DNA of 64,000 nucleotides from Phyllobates terribilis (GCF_046119375.1 NW_027362765.1:386260001-386324000), one strand, 5' to 3'; shown: positions 49,337 through 60,742, counted from the stretch's first letter. Numbers and translations are program-made. The notes: generated by a model not told the origin, from the letters alone.

Positions 49337-50617
49337 TGTGGCGCCCCTGAGGGTTCAGTCATCACAGGGGTACTGCACCTCACCCAGAGGTGTGGTGTCT
49401 CCCTTCACTCAGGTAAGGAGGGAGTGCTGCATGGAACCCCAAACACCTGCATCCAGCACTACACTACTCCAGGCCGGCTGGAGGGGCAACATGCAGAGCG
49501 CAGCTGCTGAGCCCTGACCCTGGCTGGAGTGGGGGGAACCCAAAGGTAGGGGGAACCAGTAGTGGGTGTGAGAGGAGGAAGTAGTTAGAGGAAGCACTTG
49601 TAGAAGAAGATATAAATAGGGAAGACATCTTAGAGAGTGTGTTCAGTCAGAGGAGGAGAGTGAGAGGAGCAGATCCTCTACAGGGGCTCTACTCCAGAGG
49701 CGGGCCTAGCCAGTGAGGCCCAAGTCTGAAGAGAACAGTGCAGAAGTAGTGTGAGTTCTAGGGAGCAGTTCAGAAGAACAGCTCGGGACCGTTCAGGAGA
49801 ACAGTCCGGGAGCAGAGTCTCATTAGGAGATCTGCTCCACAGTTAGGGCCAGGTCAGAAGGCCCCGGAGGGGAGCAGGGAGTAGGCTCCGTTCTACAGAA
49901 AGGATCCCAGGGGATACGGCGCATGCAGGAAGGCACCCGTACGCCCCGCATCTGTCAGAAGACAGAGGGATTGCTGTGACATTCTAATCCCCCAGGAGGG
50001 TCAAGTAGGTCCCGGATCCAACGTACTGGAAGGACTCTAGAGCACCTGAGTGGGATTGAGAGTGGGCAGCGCAGAGCAGGAGGGAGAAGGACCAGAGTAA
50101 AGATGGTCAAAATAGGAACACGAGAAAGTGGGGTTCTGCCAGGTACTCCAAAGCTGTCTGAGGAAGGACTGAACCTCTGCCCGGTGAACGCAGCGCGACG
50201 CGAGAGGCCTTTACCTGTAAAGTGCACCTGTGCAGTGTCTAAAGAACTGTGAGTAAAATCTTGGATGACTGCACTGCACTGCCTCCGTCCATTCTTCATC
50301 GACACTATCGTTCCCCCTGCCCTACAACGCCCAGCGCGACCCACTCTCTTCTACTACACTGCCCTGAGACCCGCTCCACCTGTGGGGAGCCGTTCCATCT
50401 CAAGCTGCCCTAACATCTGCCTCACAGGACTGTAGCAGCGCTGGTGATCATCACCAGGTACCACAGGTGGCGTCACAAACTTTCCCAAATCCTCATATAT
50501 ATAATATCCCCCTTTTTGAGTGACCGCCCTGGGCCACGGACCAGGCCAGCCACCGTGATATCCCCCGGCTACTGGAGGCCCGGCTGCCGAGTACCCCACG
50601 GCCCTGGGGGTGCGTCA
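49337..50617. mobile_element. Solo LTR, family A, inserted immediately after the OR-3 start codon
   Basis: TG...CA termini; 4-bp TSD TCTC (49333-49336 / 50618-50621); OR-2 shows the empty site TTATTGTCTCCATTACCCTC. Confidence 0.93.
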
Positions 50618-50779
50618 TCTCCATTACCCTCTGATCAGACAAACATTTTTTGTGCTGATCAGTTAATTCATGAAGATGCATGAATGTCTTATAGGGAACA
50701 GAGGATCTCTATGGTGGATTTATACAATGTGAATCTAAGGAGAGTTCACTTTGGAGATTTGAGGTGTTGATTAGTAAAG

Positions 50780-50845
50780 CTCCTGGGAACCATAAGGCAA
50801 TTACCAACTAAATGTAATTATATACAATAAATATAATTAGAGAAT
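50780..50845. promoter_or_regulatory. Candidate O/E-like plus homeodomain motifs upstream of OR-3
   Basis: CTCCTGGGAA at 50780 and TAATTA at 50815, 156 bp upstream of the ATG. Confidence 0.3.
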
Positions 50846-51113
50846 TTCATGCAATTATAATTAATAAGGAGAAAATATGTGATTTCATTAGTTTTGTTAA
50901 CAAGACAGCAAACTGTCTATTTCTCATTCTATAATAATCACCAAATACAAAAGAAAACAGCTCACAATCAAGATATCCACCAACCCTTTGCATTTATAAA
51001 AAGGCACACAATTGTTATAGGTGGGAACCGGAAAAGTGTCCCTCACCTCGCCTAGAGCTTTATTTGAATCCGACCTCAGGTCTCCAATAACGATATAGAG
51101 TTTATAGAATATA

Positions 51114-52712
51114 CAGGTGCTTCTCACTAAATTAGAATATCATCAAAAAGTTGATTTATTTCAGTTCTTCAATACAAAAAGTGAAACTGATATATTATAT
51201 AGAGTCATTACACACAGAGGGATCTATTTCAAGTGTTTATTTCTGTTAATGTTGATGATTATGGCTTACAGCCAATGAAAATACAAGAGTCATTATCTCA
51301 GTAAATTAGAATACTTTATAACAACAGCTTGAAAAATGATTTTAAAATTCGAAATGTTATCCTACTGAAATGTCTGTTCAGTAAATGCCCTCAATACTTG
51401 TTCGGGCTCCTTCTGCGTCAATTACTGCATCAATGCGGCAATGTGGCATGGAGGCGATCAGCCTGTGGCCCTGCTGAGGTGTTATGGAAGCCCAGGTGGC
51501 TTTGATAGCCGCCTTCAGCTCGTCTGCATTGTTAGGTCTGGGGTCTCTCATCTTCCTCTTGACAATACCCCATAGATTCTCTATAATAGATTCTCTATGG
51601 GGTTAAGGTCAGGCGAGTTTGCTGCCAATCAAGCACAGTGATACTGTTGTGTGTAAACCAGGTATTGGTATTTTTGGCAGTGTGGACAGGGGCCAAGTCC
51701 TGCTGGAGAATGACATTTCCATCTCCAAAAAGCTTGTCGGCAGAGGGAAGCATGAAGTGCTGTAAAATGTCCTGGTAGACGGCTGCGCTGACTTTGGTCT
51801 TGATAAAACAAAGTGGACCTACACCAGCAGATGACATGGCCCCCCAAACCATCACTGATTGTGGAGACTTCACACTAGACCTCCAGCAGCTTGGATTGTG
51901 GCCTCTCCACTCTTCCTCCAGACTCTGGGACCTTGAATTCCAAATGAAATGCAAAATTTACTTTCATGCATTTGACACGAGGAATACGACACTAGTAGCC
52001 CATGTCCTGGATACATCTGTGTGTGGTGGCTCTTGAAGCAATGACTCCAGCAGCAGTCCACTCCTTGTGAATCTCCCCCTAATTTTTGAATGGCCTTTTC
52101 TTAACAATCCTTTCAAGGCTGCGGTTATCCCGGTTGGTTGTGCACCTTTTTCTACCACACTTTTTCCTTCCACTTAACTTTCCATTAATATGCTTGGCTA
52201 CAGCACTCTGTGAACAGCCAGCTTCTTTTGCAATGACCTTTTGTGTCTTAGCCACCTTGTGGAGTGTGTCAATGACTGCCTTCTGGACACCTGTCAAGTC
52301 AGCAGTCTTCTCCATGATTGTGGAGTCTACTGAAACAGACTAAGTGACCTTTTTAAACGCGTAGGAACCCTATACAGGTGTTTTTTGTTAACTATTCTAA
52401 TTTACTGAGATAATGACTTTTGTGCTTTCATTGGCTCTAAGCCGTAATCATCAACATTAACAGAAATAAACACTTGGAATAGATCACTCTGTGTGTAATG
52501 ACTCTATATAATAGATCACTCTGTGTGTAATGACTATATAATAGATCCCTCTGTGTGTAATGACTATATAATAGATCACTCTGTGTGTAATGACTATATA
52601 ATAGATCACTCTGTGTGTAATGACTCTATATAATATGAGTTTCACTTTTTGTATTGAAGAACTGAAATAAATTACCTTTTTGATCATATTCTAATTTAGT
52701 GAGATGCAGTTG
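51114..52712 (-). mobile_element. Tc1 element (DD34E-type, IR/DR long TIRs), fragmented transposase
   Basis: TA TSD; TIR CAGGTGCTTCTCACTAAATTAGAATAT with an inner repeat at ~51297; HTH ORF 52315-52079; QQDLAP..DW(P)ANSPDLNPIE after repairing a 1-nt deletion; empty site in the paralog near 23070. Confidence 0.92.
52479..52632. repeat. 5 x 30-32-bp tandem amplification inside one TIR of the Tc1
   Basis: ATAGATCACTCTGTGTGTAATGACT(CT)ATATA units; single-copy in the opposite TIR (~51197-51228). Confidence 0.92.
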
Positions 52713-52901
52713 TATATATCAGTTCTCTCCAATCTTCTTGCATTGTTTAGTAAATAAAAATAATTTTTTTTAAAAAAACGTCAATGAAGAAAATAAAATT
52801 CAGATTTGAATTGACGCGTTTGAGGAAAATCTTGATTTATTTAATAGCAACAAAAAGTAATTTAGAAAAATATGAATAAAGAAAATAAAAACATCTAGAT
52901 T

Positions 52902-53009
52902 TTCCCCATTGATGTATATCTATGTTGATGTGATTATCTCTGGATGTTTTTCAATACCAAATGCAATGTATAATTGTTTATAAAATTGCTTAATAAACAA
53001 ATCAAGTTT
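52902..53009 (+). mobile_element. 108-bp L1-type 3' tail insertion
   Basis: Ends AATAAACAAATCAAGTTT(A)n; 15-bp TSD AAAAACATCTAGATT (52887-52901 / 53010-53024); absent from the paralog at ~23245. Confidence 0.75.
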
Positions 53010-53617
53010 AAAAACATCTAGATTAGAATTGACGCGTTTCGTGAGATCAGTGATTTGTTTCAGAAATAAATATAATTTATAAAAATATGAATAAAGAGAA
53101 GAAAAACATCCAGATTAAAATCGACGCATTTTGGGAGATCTCCGATTTGCTTAATAAATAAAAATAATTCATAAAAACATAAATAAAGAAAATAAAAACA
53201 TCTAGCTTAGAATCAACGTTTTTCAGGAAATCCTTGATTGGAGAGAATTGATGTTTATATTTTATAGACTCTATATCCTTATTGGAGACCTAAGGTCACA
53301 TTTATATAAAGCTCCCTGAGAGGTGGGGGACACTTGTCCGGCACCTTTTTATATGTGCATAAAGTTGACTAGATAATCATACGGGATAATCATCAAGTCA
53401 TTGATATTGCAAGTGGATTTGTAAAAGCCTCACTTCTACACATTAGCCAAAATTAGTCCAAACTTTTGGATTTATCTATCTAGTGTGTATGGAGGCCTCC
53501 CTACTCCTTCCTATTGGCAAATATTGGATATAGAAAGATTATGCAAGTTTAATTTCAGCATACCCAGACTTTTGCTCCCCAAGGAGATGAGTGTTGGCCA
53601 ATATGGTCCACTAATGA

Positions 53618-56196
53618 TGATAATAATAGTAATTTTAATTTCTATTGTGCTAAAGTATTCCACAACACTTTACAATTTAGAGGGAATAAATACAGATAAT
53701 GAGGACATTAAACAGTAACACAGAGTTCAACATATTCCAAGAGGAGTGAGAGCCCTGCCCTGTGGAGCTTAGAAATATTGTTGAGCGAGCGCGCTCGGTC
53801 AACCCCTTCACCGAGCACGCTCGGGTTCTGCTCGGTATGTTCGGCATGCTCGACAACTATGTTCGAGTTGCCGCGGCTGCATGTGTCGTGGCTGTTAAGG
53901 CAGCTGTGACACATGCAGGGATTGCCTGTCTAACAGCCATGACGCATGCAGCCGCGGCGGCTCGAACATCGTTGATGAGCACCCCGAAAATACTCGGGCA
54001 GCACCCAAGAGTGCTCGGTGAAAGGGCTAACCGAGCAAGCTCGCTCATCACTACTTACAATCTATGAGGAAATGGGGGAGGGGGGGCACAAAAGGTTAAT
54101 GGGAAAAAGTGTTTGCATTATACAGTTCAGCCATCGATATGATAAATAGGGTACACTATTCACGTAAAGGTGCATGAACCGGTCACCAGCCAGTATCTGT
54201 ACAGTACAGACACAGAGGGCTATCAAGTGCATGGAGGGTGTGTGAACAGATGCTACGAGGGTCCTGATTTGGAGGAAAATTTTGTAACGGCAATACAGGG
54301 ACAGTTAGATAAGTGAGATGAGGTGATAGGCCAGTCTAAAGAAATGCATTTTTAGGGAACGCTTAAAACTGTGGGTATTGTGAATTGATCGAACTGTCCT
54401 AGATAGTGTGTTCCAGAGAAGTGACGCAGCTCATGAGAAGTCTTGGAGACGGGAATGGGAGGTTCGGATTATTGAGGATGTTAGTCCTAGGATATTACTT
54501 GAACAGAGGACATGGGTAGGGTGGTAGATAGAGATGAGGGAGGAGTTGTAGGATGGTGCTGAACTGTGAAGTGTTTTGTGGGTGACAAGTTTATATTGGA
54601 CTCTGTAGCGGATGAGTAACTAGTGCAATGACTGGCACAGTGTGGAGGCTTCGGTGTAGCGGTTGGCGAGTAATATGATCCTGGCTGCTGCATTCAAGAC
54701 GGATTGGAGAGGGGAGAGTTTAGTAAGAAGCAGACCGATTAGTAGAGAGTTACAGTAGTCCAGACGAGAGTGAATAAAAGCTACAGTAAGAGTTTTAGCA
54801 GAGTCAAAGGTAAGAAAAGGTCGATTTCTAGAGATGTTCTTGAGGAGTAGGTGACATGAGCGAGCGAGTGATCGGATATAGGGAGTGAAGGAAAGACATG
54901 AATCAAGTATGACCTCAAGACAACAGGCATATTGCTGGGGAGTAATAGACCACACATGGAAACGGCAATAACGGGCATAGGTAGGTTAGTGGAGGGAGGA
55001 GACACAAGGAGTTCAGTATTTGACAAATTCAGTTTTATATAGAGGGAGGACATAATGGTAGAGACAGCAGAAAGACAATCACTGGTATCTGTAATAATGT
55101 GGGGGTGATGTCAAGAGACGAGGTATATAATTGGGTGACATCAGCATAGAGATGGTACCAAAAGTCAAATCTACTAATGATATGTCCTACAGGGGCAGTG
55201 TATAAAGAGAAGATGAGAGGACCTAGAACTGAATGTTGAGGAACCACGACAGTAAGTGGAAGAGGAGAGTAAGAGGAGCCAGCAAAAGAAACAGTGAGGG
55301 AGCGGTCAGAAAGGTAGGAGGAGAACCAGGAGAGAGCGGTGTCCTAGAGGATGATGGAGCATAGCATAGTGAGGAGGAGCTGGTGATCCACAGTGTCGAT
55401 TGCCACAGAGATCCAGGAGAATCAGCAGAGAGTTGTGGCCATTAGATTTAGCTGTTAGTAGATCATTAGAGACTTTAGTGAGGGCAGTTTCAGTGGAGTG
55501 TAAAGAGCGGAAACCAGATTGTAAAGGGTCATCAAGAGCGTTATCTGAGAGATAGCAGATAAGACGGGAGTGGAGCAAGTTTTCAAGTTTAGAAATGAAT
55601 TGAAGATTAGGGACAGGTCTGTAATAAGCAGAGCAGTTCTGGTTGAGGGATGTTTCTTTAAGTAATGCGTGTTTGCTGTCGTGTTTAAATGAGGAGGAAA
55701 AGATAGCAGATTAGAGAGAGAAATTAAATATTTAGTTAGGTGAGTGGTGATAGCAGTGGAAAAGGACTGAAGGAGATGTGAGGGTATAGGGTCACTGGTG
55801 CAGGTAGAACAGCGAGAAGATACGAGGTGACGGGTAACCTCTTCTTCTGTGACCTGTTCAAGGACAGAAAGAGAGCTACATGGAGTGCAGGAGGGAAGAG
55901 AAGGCATGATATTTGGGGATTGAGAGTAAATTTCCTGTCAGATATGGTCAATTTTTTTTTTAAATAAATGGCCAGATTGTGAGTGTTGTGGTTAGTTGTT
56001 GGGGCCTGAACTCATGGACTGAGGAGGGAATGAAAAGGGTCAAAGATTTGTTTAGAATTGTTGGATAAGGAGGCGATGAATGCGGTGAAGTAGTCTTGTT
56101 TGGAGAGGGGGAGAGCAGAGTTGTATGTTTTAAGGAATGATCTATAACTATGGAAAGGGTTCAAAAATATCATTGTGTTTAAGGTTGAATCAATGT
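53618..56196 (-). mobile_element. L2 LINE (5'-truncated), paralog of 39000-45225
   Basis: RT fragments in ORFs 54620-54955, 55306-55578 ([23 protein letters not shown]) and 55455-55907; L2 3' end at ~53620-53770. Confidence 0.9.
53776..54053. mobile_element. 278-bp palindromic hAT MITE of the TAGTGATGAGCGAG family
   Basis: Ends TATTGTTGAGCGAGC / GCTCGCTCATCACTA; imperfect 8-bp TSD CTTAGAAA / CTTACAAT; foldback interior. Confidence 0.8.
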
Positions 56197-58065
56197 AAGG
56201 CAGGGGTAGGAAATTAATTTTCCCAAAGGGCCACATGAGACACCGTGACTGTTGTGGAGGGCCGAACCAATAGGCTGAAATTAATTTTGCTCAATATTAA
56301 TATTAACAGTGCGCACTGTGCACGCTGTTAGGATTCAAAAATTCCCAATCACATAGAATGGCTGCAAACTTGTCCCCGAGCAGACATGATATTTTAAAAA
56401 TAAAAGTTTATAAATTGTTGCATTTTTTTTATTATATTTTTTTATGTAATTATTTTCTATCCTTTGAGCCAGCACGCATTGCACCACTTCAAGAAATGGC
56501 ATTTGACAGCACTGCACATTTGACAGGGGACAAACATAGACCTTGGTGCCCAGAACAATCACTCATATGGACTCCTCACACTAAGCCACTGGTCTGAACA
56601 GTTAGAGTATTGTGCACAGGATGGGTTTTACATGTCAATTCGACAGATTGTGCATATGGTCCGTCTTTTTTCGTTTCTTTTAACCATTTCAGGCTTAAAA
56701 AGCCTTGAAGTGGCTAAAATAAGTGACCGGTCCATTCTTCTAGCAGCCTCCACTTTGCAGCTGCCGCTATATTGTATATGATATTATAAAAAAATAACAG
56801 CGGCAAAAGATCAGACAGCAGAAAAGACAATTCAGGGAAAATACTGCCAGCATTTTCCTGATGTGTCTTCTGCTTCAAAAGCGTTGTGGGAACGTTGATA
56901 TCTAAAAGACGCCGTCTCCACATACTCTAAGAAAGAAATGACACAAAAGGGTGGAAGCGGTACTGTGGAAAACATTTGATCTTCTTGTGTTTGAACCTTA
57001 AACTTCTGGATGACATTCAAACCATTTTTAGATCATTTTCTATGTAAAGGTAGGTTGAGTAGAATTATTTGGAAGTTATGAGTCCCATTTTGACCTGCAC
57101 AGAGCAAGTACAACATTCCACAAATCGAACATCATACCCACAGTCAAACATGGTGGGGGTCATGTGAAAGACCATCTACCTAGAAATTTATTATGATTGA
57201 CTTAGTCAATAATTTGGCAGATACATTTTTTAAGAGAATGTTAATTTTTACCTGAAATTGAATCCTATACTGTGGAGTTAAATTGGTTGTTTGGGACCAA
57301 CATATTAATGGTCTTTCTATTGGTACTACACCTTATTTCCTGTGAAAGAGGATAGATCATCAAAATGTAAATCCCAGACATGAATGCAAAATTAGAAAAA
57401 TGTAGCTCAGAATTCCAAATTCTTATCAGGAAAAATATCTAGATGCGTGTCCCATTTCCAGTAATCCAGAACATATAATATATATTATTCATTTCAATAA
57501 AGACATCTAGAATACTTGTGAACAGTAATTTAATAACCATGGAAAGATGTTGGTAAGTTCCAAAGTCCTACTGCTGTTACAGTAAAGAATCCCCTTCTAT
57601 GAAGGTTTTGAAAAAAAAAATGACCCAAAACATAGCAGAAAGTCTACATAAAAACAATAATATCAGTTTGAAATACAGTTGACAAGACCTGCACAAGAGC
57701 AACACTTTATGTAACTTATAGAATTATTTGTAATATTACCTCCCTTTTCTATTATCACTATTGGCAGCAAATCGTATTAAAAATAGAAGTATATGAAGAG
57801 TCTTTATGGTTAAACAAAGGTATCAATTATCTACTCAGGATCTGAAGATGTTACTTCTTTTCCATCTTCTTTTCCATTCATACCTTCAATTATTCCCCCT
57901 AAAATTGTCCTTTTTCCATTAACTTGGTTCTCAAATTATGACCAAAACGGTAAAAAATAAATGTTGTTACAGAAGCTGAGTGAGAACTGATGACATCCTT
58001 ATACCCAATTAAAGGGGACCGGTTATATTGCAAATCTGCAGACATTATAGTATAGAAAAGGTTTA

Positions 58066-58746
58066 CAGTACTGTGCAAAAGTTTTAGGCAAGTGAGGAAA
58101 AAAAGCTGCCCAGTAAGAAGCTTGTAGAAATAGAATTGATTGTTTATTTTTATTAATTAACAAAATACAAAGTGAATGAACAAAAGAGAAATCTAAATCC
58201 CATCAATACTGTATTTGGTGATTGTACTTTGCCTTTATCACTTCTTCTCGGTCCTTGTGACTTACACACAGTCTTTAACGGAACTTGGCAGTAGGTTGTT
58301 CCAAACATCTTGGAGGCCTCACCCCAGATCTTCTGTGTATGAGGCTTGTGCAGATCCTTCAGTCTCTTCATGTGATTCCAGACAGACTGGATGATGTGAG
58401 ATCAGGGCTTTGTGGGGGACGGATCATCACCCCCAGGACTCCTCGTTCTTAATGACATTGGCTGGATCTTTGGGGTCGTTATCCGGCTGCAAAATACATT
58501 TGGAACCAATCAGACATCTCCTGATATTACATGATGGGTAAGTATCTACCTGTACTTTTATACTTTTATGCTGTTTTGGAGGCAAAGGGCAGTCACAAAA
58601 TACTGATGGGATTTAGATCTCTTTTTTAATTCACTTTGCATTTTGTTAGCTGATAAAAATAAACGATTAACACTTGTTTTTTTAAAGCATTCTTCTTACT
58701 GTGCAGCATTTTTTCCACCGCTGCCTAAAACTTTTGCAGAGGACTG
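58066..58746. mobile_element. Internally deleted Tc1 derivative
   Basis: TA-CAGTACTGTGCAAAAGTTTTAGGCA ... TGCCTAAAACTTTTGCAGAGGACTG-TA. Confidence 0.85.
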
Positions 58747-59369
58747 TATATATCTATATATATTTAATTACATTGTGTCATGATGCTGGGTTCAGTCTTT
58801 CCATGGTATATGGCCTAAGATGTGAAACTATCTATCACAACCTCACCTTTGTAGCAGAGTTTGTCTGCTCCTCACCCAGTTTTAAGCCTCCTAAACAGCT
58901 GTTTCTGTTTCAGTTAATTAATTGTGTTTCAAGCTACATATGAAAATGATGATCATTATCCCCTGTTTGGTATAATTAGTTACTCATAAACCTGACTAGA
59001 ATCCTACAAAATCCCTGACTTGGTGCATCTGTACCTAGAAGAATTGATGCTGTTTTGAAGGCTAAGGGCGGTCACACCAAATATTGATGTGATTTAGATT
59101 TCTCTTTTGTTCATTCACTTTACATTTTACTAATTGATACAAAAAAATATTAACACTTCTGTTTTTGAAAGCATTCTTCTTACTGTGCATCATTTTTTCC
59201 ACACCTGCCTAAAACTTTGTATATATTGTATAATATATACAATATATATTTGTATATACATTGTATATATTATGTTTAATATAGTCTTTAAAAGAATTGT
59301 TTCTTTATTCTGCACAGAGCTTTCTGGAGTCATTTCACCTGAACGACAAACAGACATGTGAACAATAAC

Positions 59370-60299
59370 CTAACAAAACAATTGTTTCTTTACTCGGCAC
59401 AGAGCTTTCTTCACCTCCTGATTTTTCAAGCTGTAAATGAGAGGGTTGAGCATTGGAATGACTCCGGCATACAATATGGCAAACACCTTGTCCTGGTCCA
59501 TGGAATAGCTGGACTTTGGTCTCATGTACATGCCGAGGACCGTTCCGTAAAACAAGAGGATGACTGTGAGGTGTGAGGAGCAGGTGGAGAAGGTTTTGTG
59601 TCTTCCTTCTTTAGAGTTAATCTTCAAGATTGCAGAGATGATATAGATGTAGGACACCAAGGTCATGACTGAGGTGACAAAGCCAATGATGGCCCCAAGT
59701 GCAAGTATTATTGTCTCTATAGTGTGTGTGTTGCTACAAGAAAGTTTTATAAGAGGCTTTAAGTCACAGAAGAGATGGTCTACTTCATTTGACCTACAAA
59801 ATGTACAAGATGATATTAGAATAACATAAAGAATGCCCTCGAGGATTCCTATACTCCAAGATGTCCATGCCATCCAGAAACAGACCTGCAGGCTCATGAA
59901 ATAAGAGTAACGTAGAGGATGACAGATGGCCACGTAACGATCGTAAGCCATGGCAGCCAGGATGAAGTATTCCGACACTATGAGCACCACAAAAAAGAAA
60001 ACCTGAGCGATACAACCATGGTAGGAGGTGACATTGTTCCCAGTTAGAAACATGTCCAATAACTTTGGTAGAACCATTGAGGTGAAGGACATATCCAATA
60101 CTGACATGTTACACAGGAGTATATACATGGGACTGTGGAAGTGAGGATCAAAGCAAAATAGACCAGTTGTTAATGAATTTCCAACCAACGTTGCAGCATA
60201 AATGACCAGAAATATGAAAAAGAAAAACAATTGGAAGTCTGGAAGCTCATGGAAGCCGAGGAGAATGAAGTCCGTGACGGTGAGGTTTGACCACTCCAT
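59370..60299 (-). CDS. Olfactory receptor (class II), intact, 309 aa (OR-4)
   Basis: All OR motifs present (MAYDRYVAICHPLRY, KTFSTCSSHL, PMLNPLIYSLKN); NLT sequon. Confidence 0.97.
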   Translation of the reverse strand: MEWSNLTVTDFILLGFHELPDFQLFFFFIFLVIYAATLVGNSLTTGLFCFDPHFHSPMYILLCNMSVLDMSFTSMVLPKLLDMFLTGNNVTSYHGCIAQVFFFVVLIVSEYFILAAMAYDRYVAICHPLRYSYFMSLQVCFWMAWTSWSIGILEGILYVILISSCTFCRSNEVDHLFCDLKPLIKLSCSNTHTIETIILALGAIIGFVTSVMTLVSYIYIISAILKINSKEGRHKTFSTCSSHLTVILLFYGTVLGMYMRPKSSYSMDQDKVFAILYAGVIPMLNPLIYSLKNQEVKKALCRVKKQLFC

Positions 60300-60742
60300 T
60301 TCCCTCTGACGAGACTAGAGATCCAGCTGGGGAAAAAAGTCTTACAGGCAATGGTCAATTGGAGAAATTTAAATTTGCTCTCCACCAGAAGGAGGAGAAC
60401 TGCCACCTATAGGTAGTTAGTTACCCTATAGAGAATTAGGGATGTCAGCCAGACCAGAGACACTCATCTGTAGTTGATGCTGTTTCATACTTTTTGCTCC
60501 TCATCAGTATAAAGTACAGTTTAGAGTGGTTGTGTGAGATGAACTTGACACGACTAGGTACTAGCTTTGCAGATATCCAGCTGGAGTAGGGAGCCTTACA
60601 AGCAATGCAACAAAGGAATAAGAAATCAGTAATTTCTGAAGATGCGCAGATCGTTTTATTGAGAATAGAAGGTAACAACAAACATGGATTTATACAATGT
60701 GAGCGTTCAGTTTAGGGATTTGAGGTTGTTTTTTTTGACAAT

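Larger units (their letters stand above)
46749..50624 (-). pseudogene. Olfactory receptor OR-3, disrupted by a solo LTR (49337-50617) and a Tc1 (47556-49163)
   Basis: ATG at 50624-50622. Removing both inserts and their TSDs restores METINLTVTDFVLLGFHELPDFQLV...HSPMYILLCNMS...KALCRIEKQLFF with no other stop or frameshift. Confidence 0.95.

Noticed and set aside
56600-58060. AT-rich stretch unique to the second duplication unit, possibly old L1 with a small Tc1 scrap near 57110-57165
   Set aside because: No convincing ORF, termini or motif could be established by eye; left unannotated pending a repeat-library search.
14291-60015. Recurrent 64-97 aa ORFs overlapping each OR (e.g. MYRSGFLFCGAH.., MNNNLTKQLFLYS..)
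   Set aside because: Alternative-frame and antisense shadows of the OR CDS; they recur only because the ORs are paralogs.
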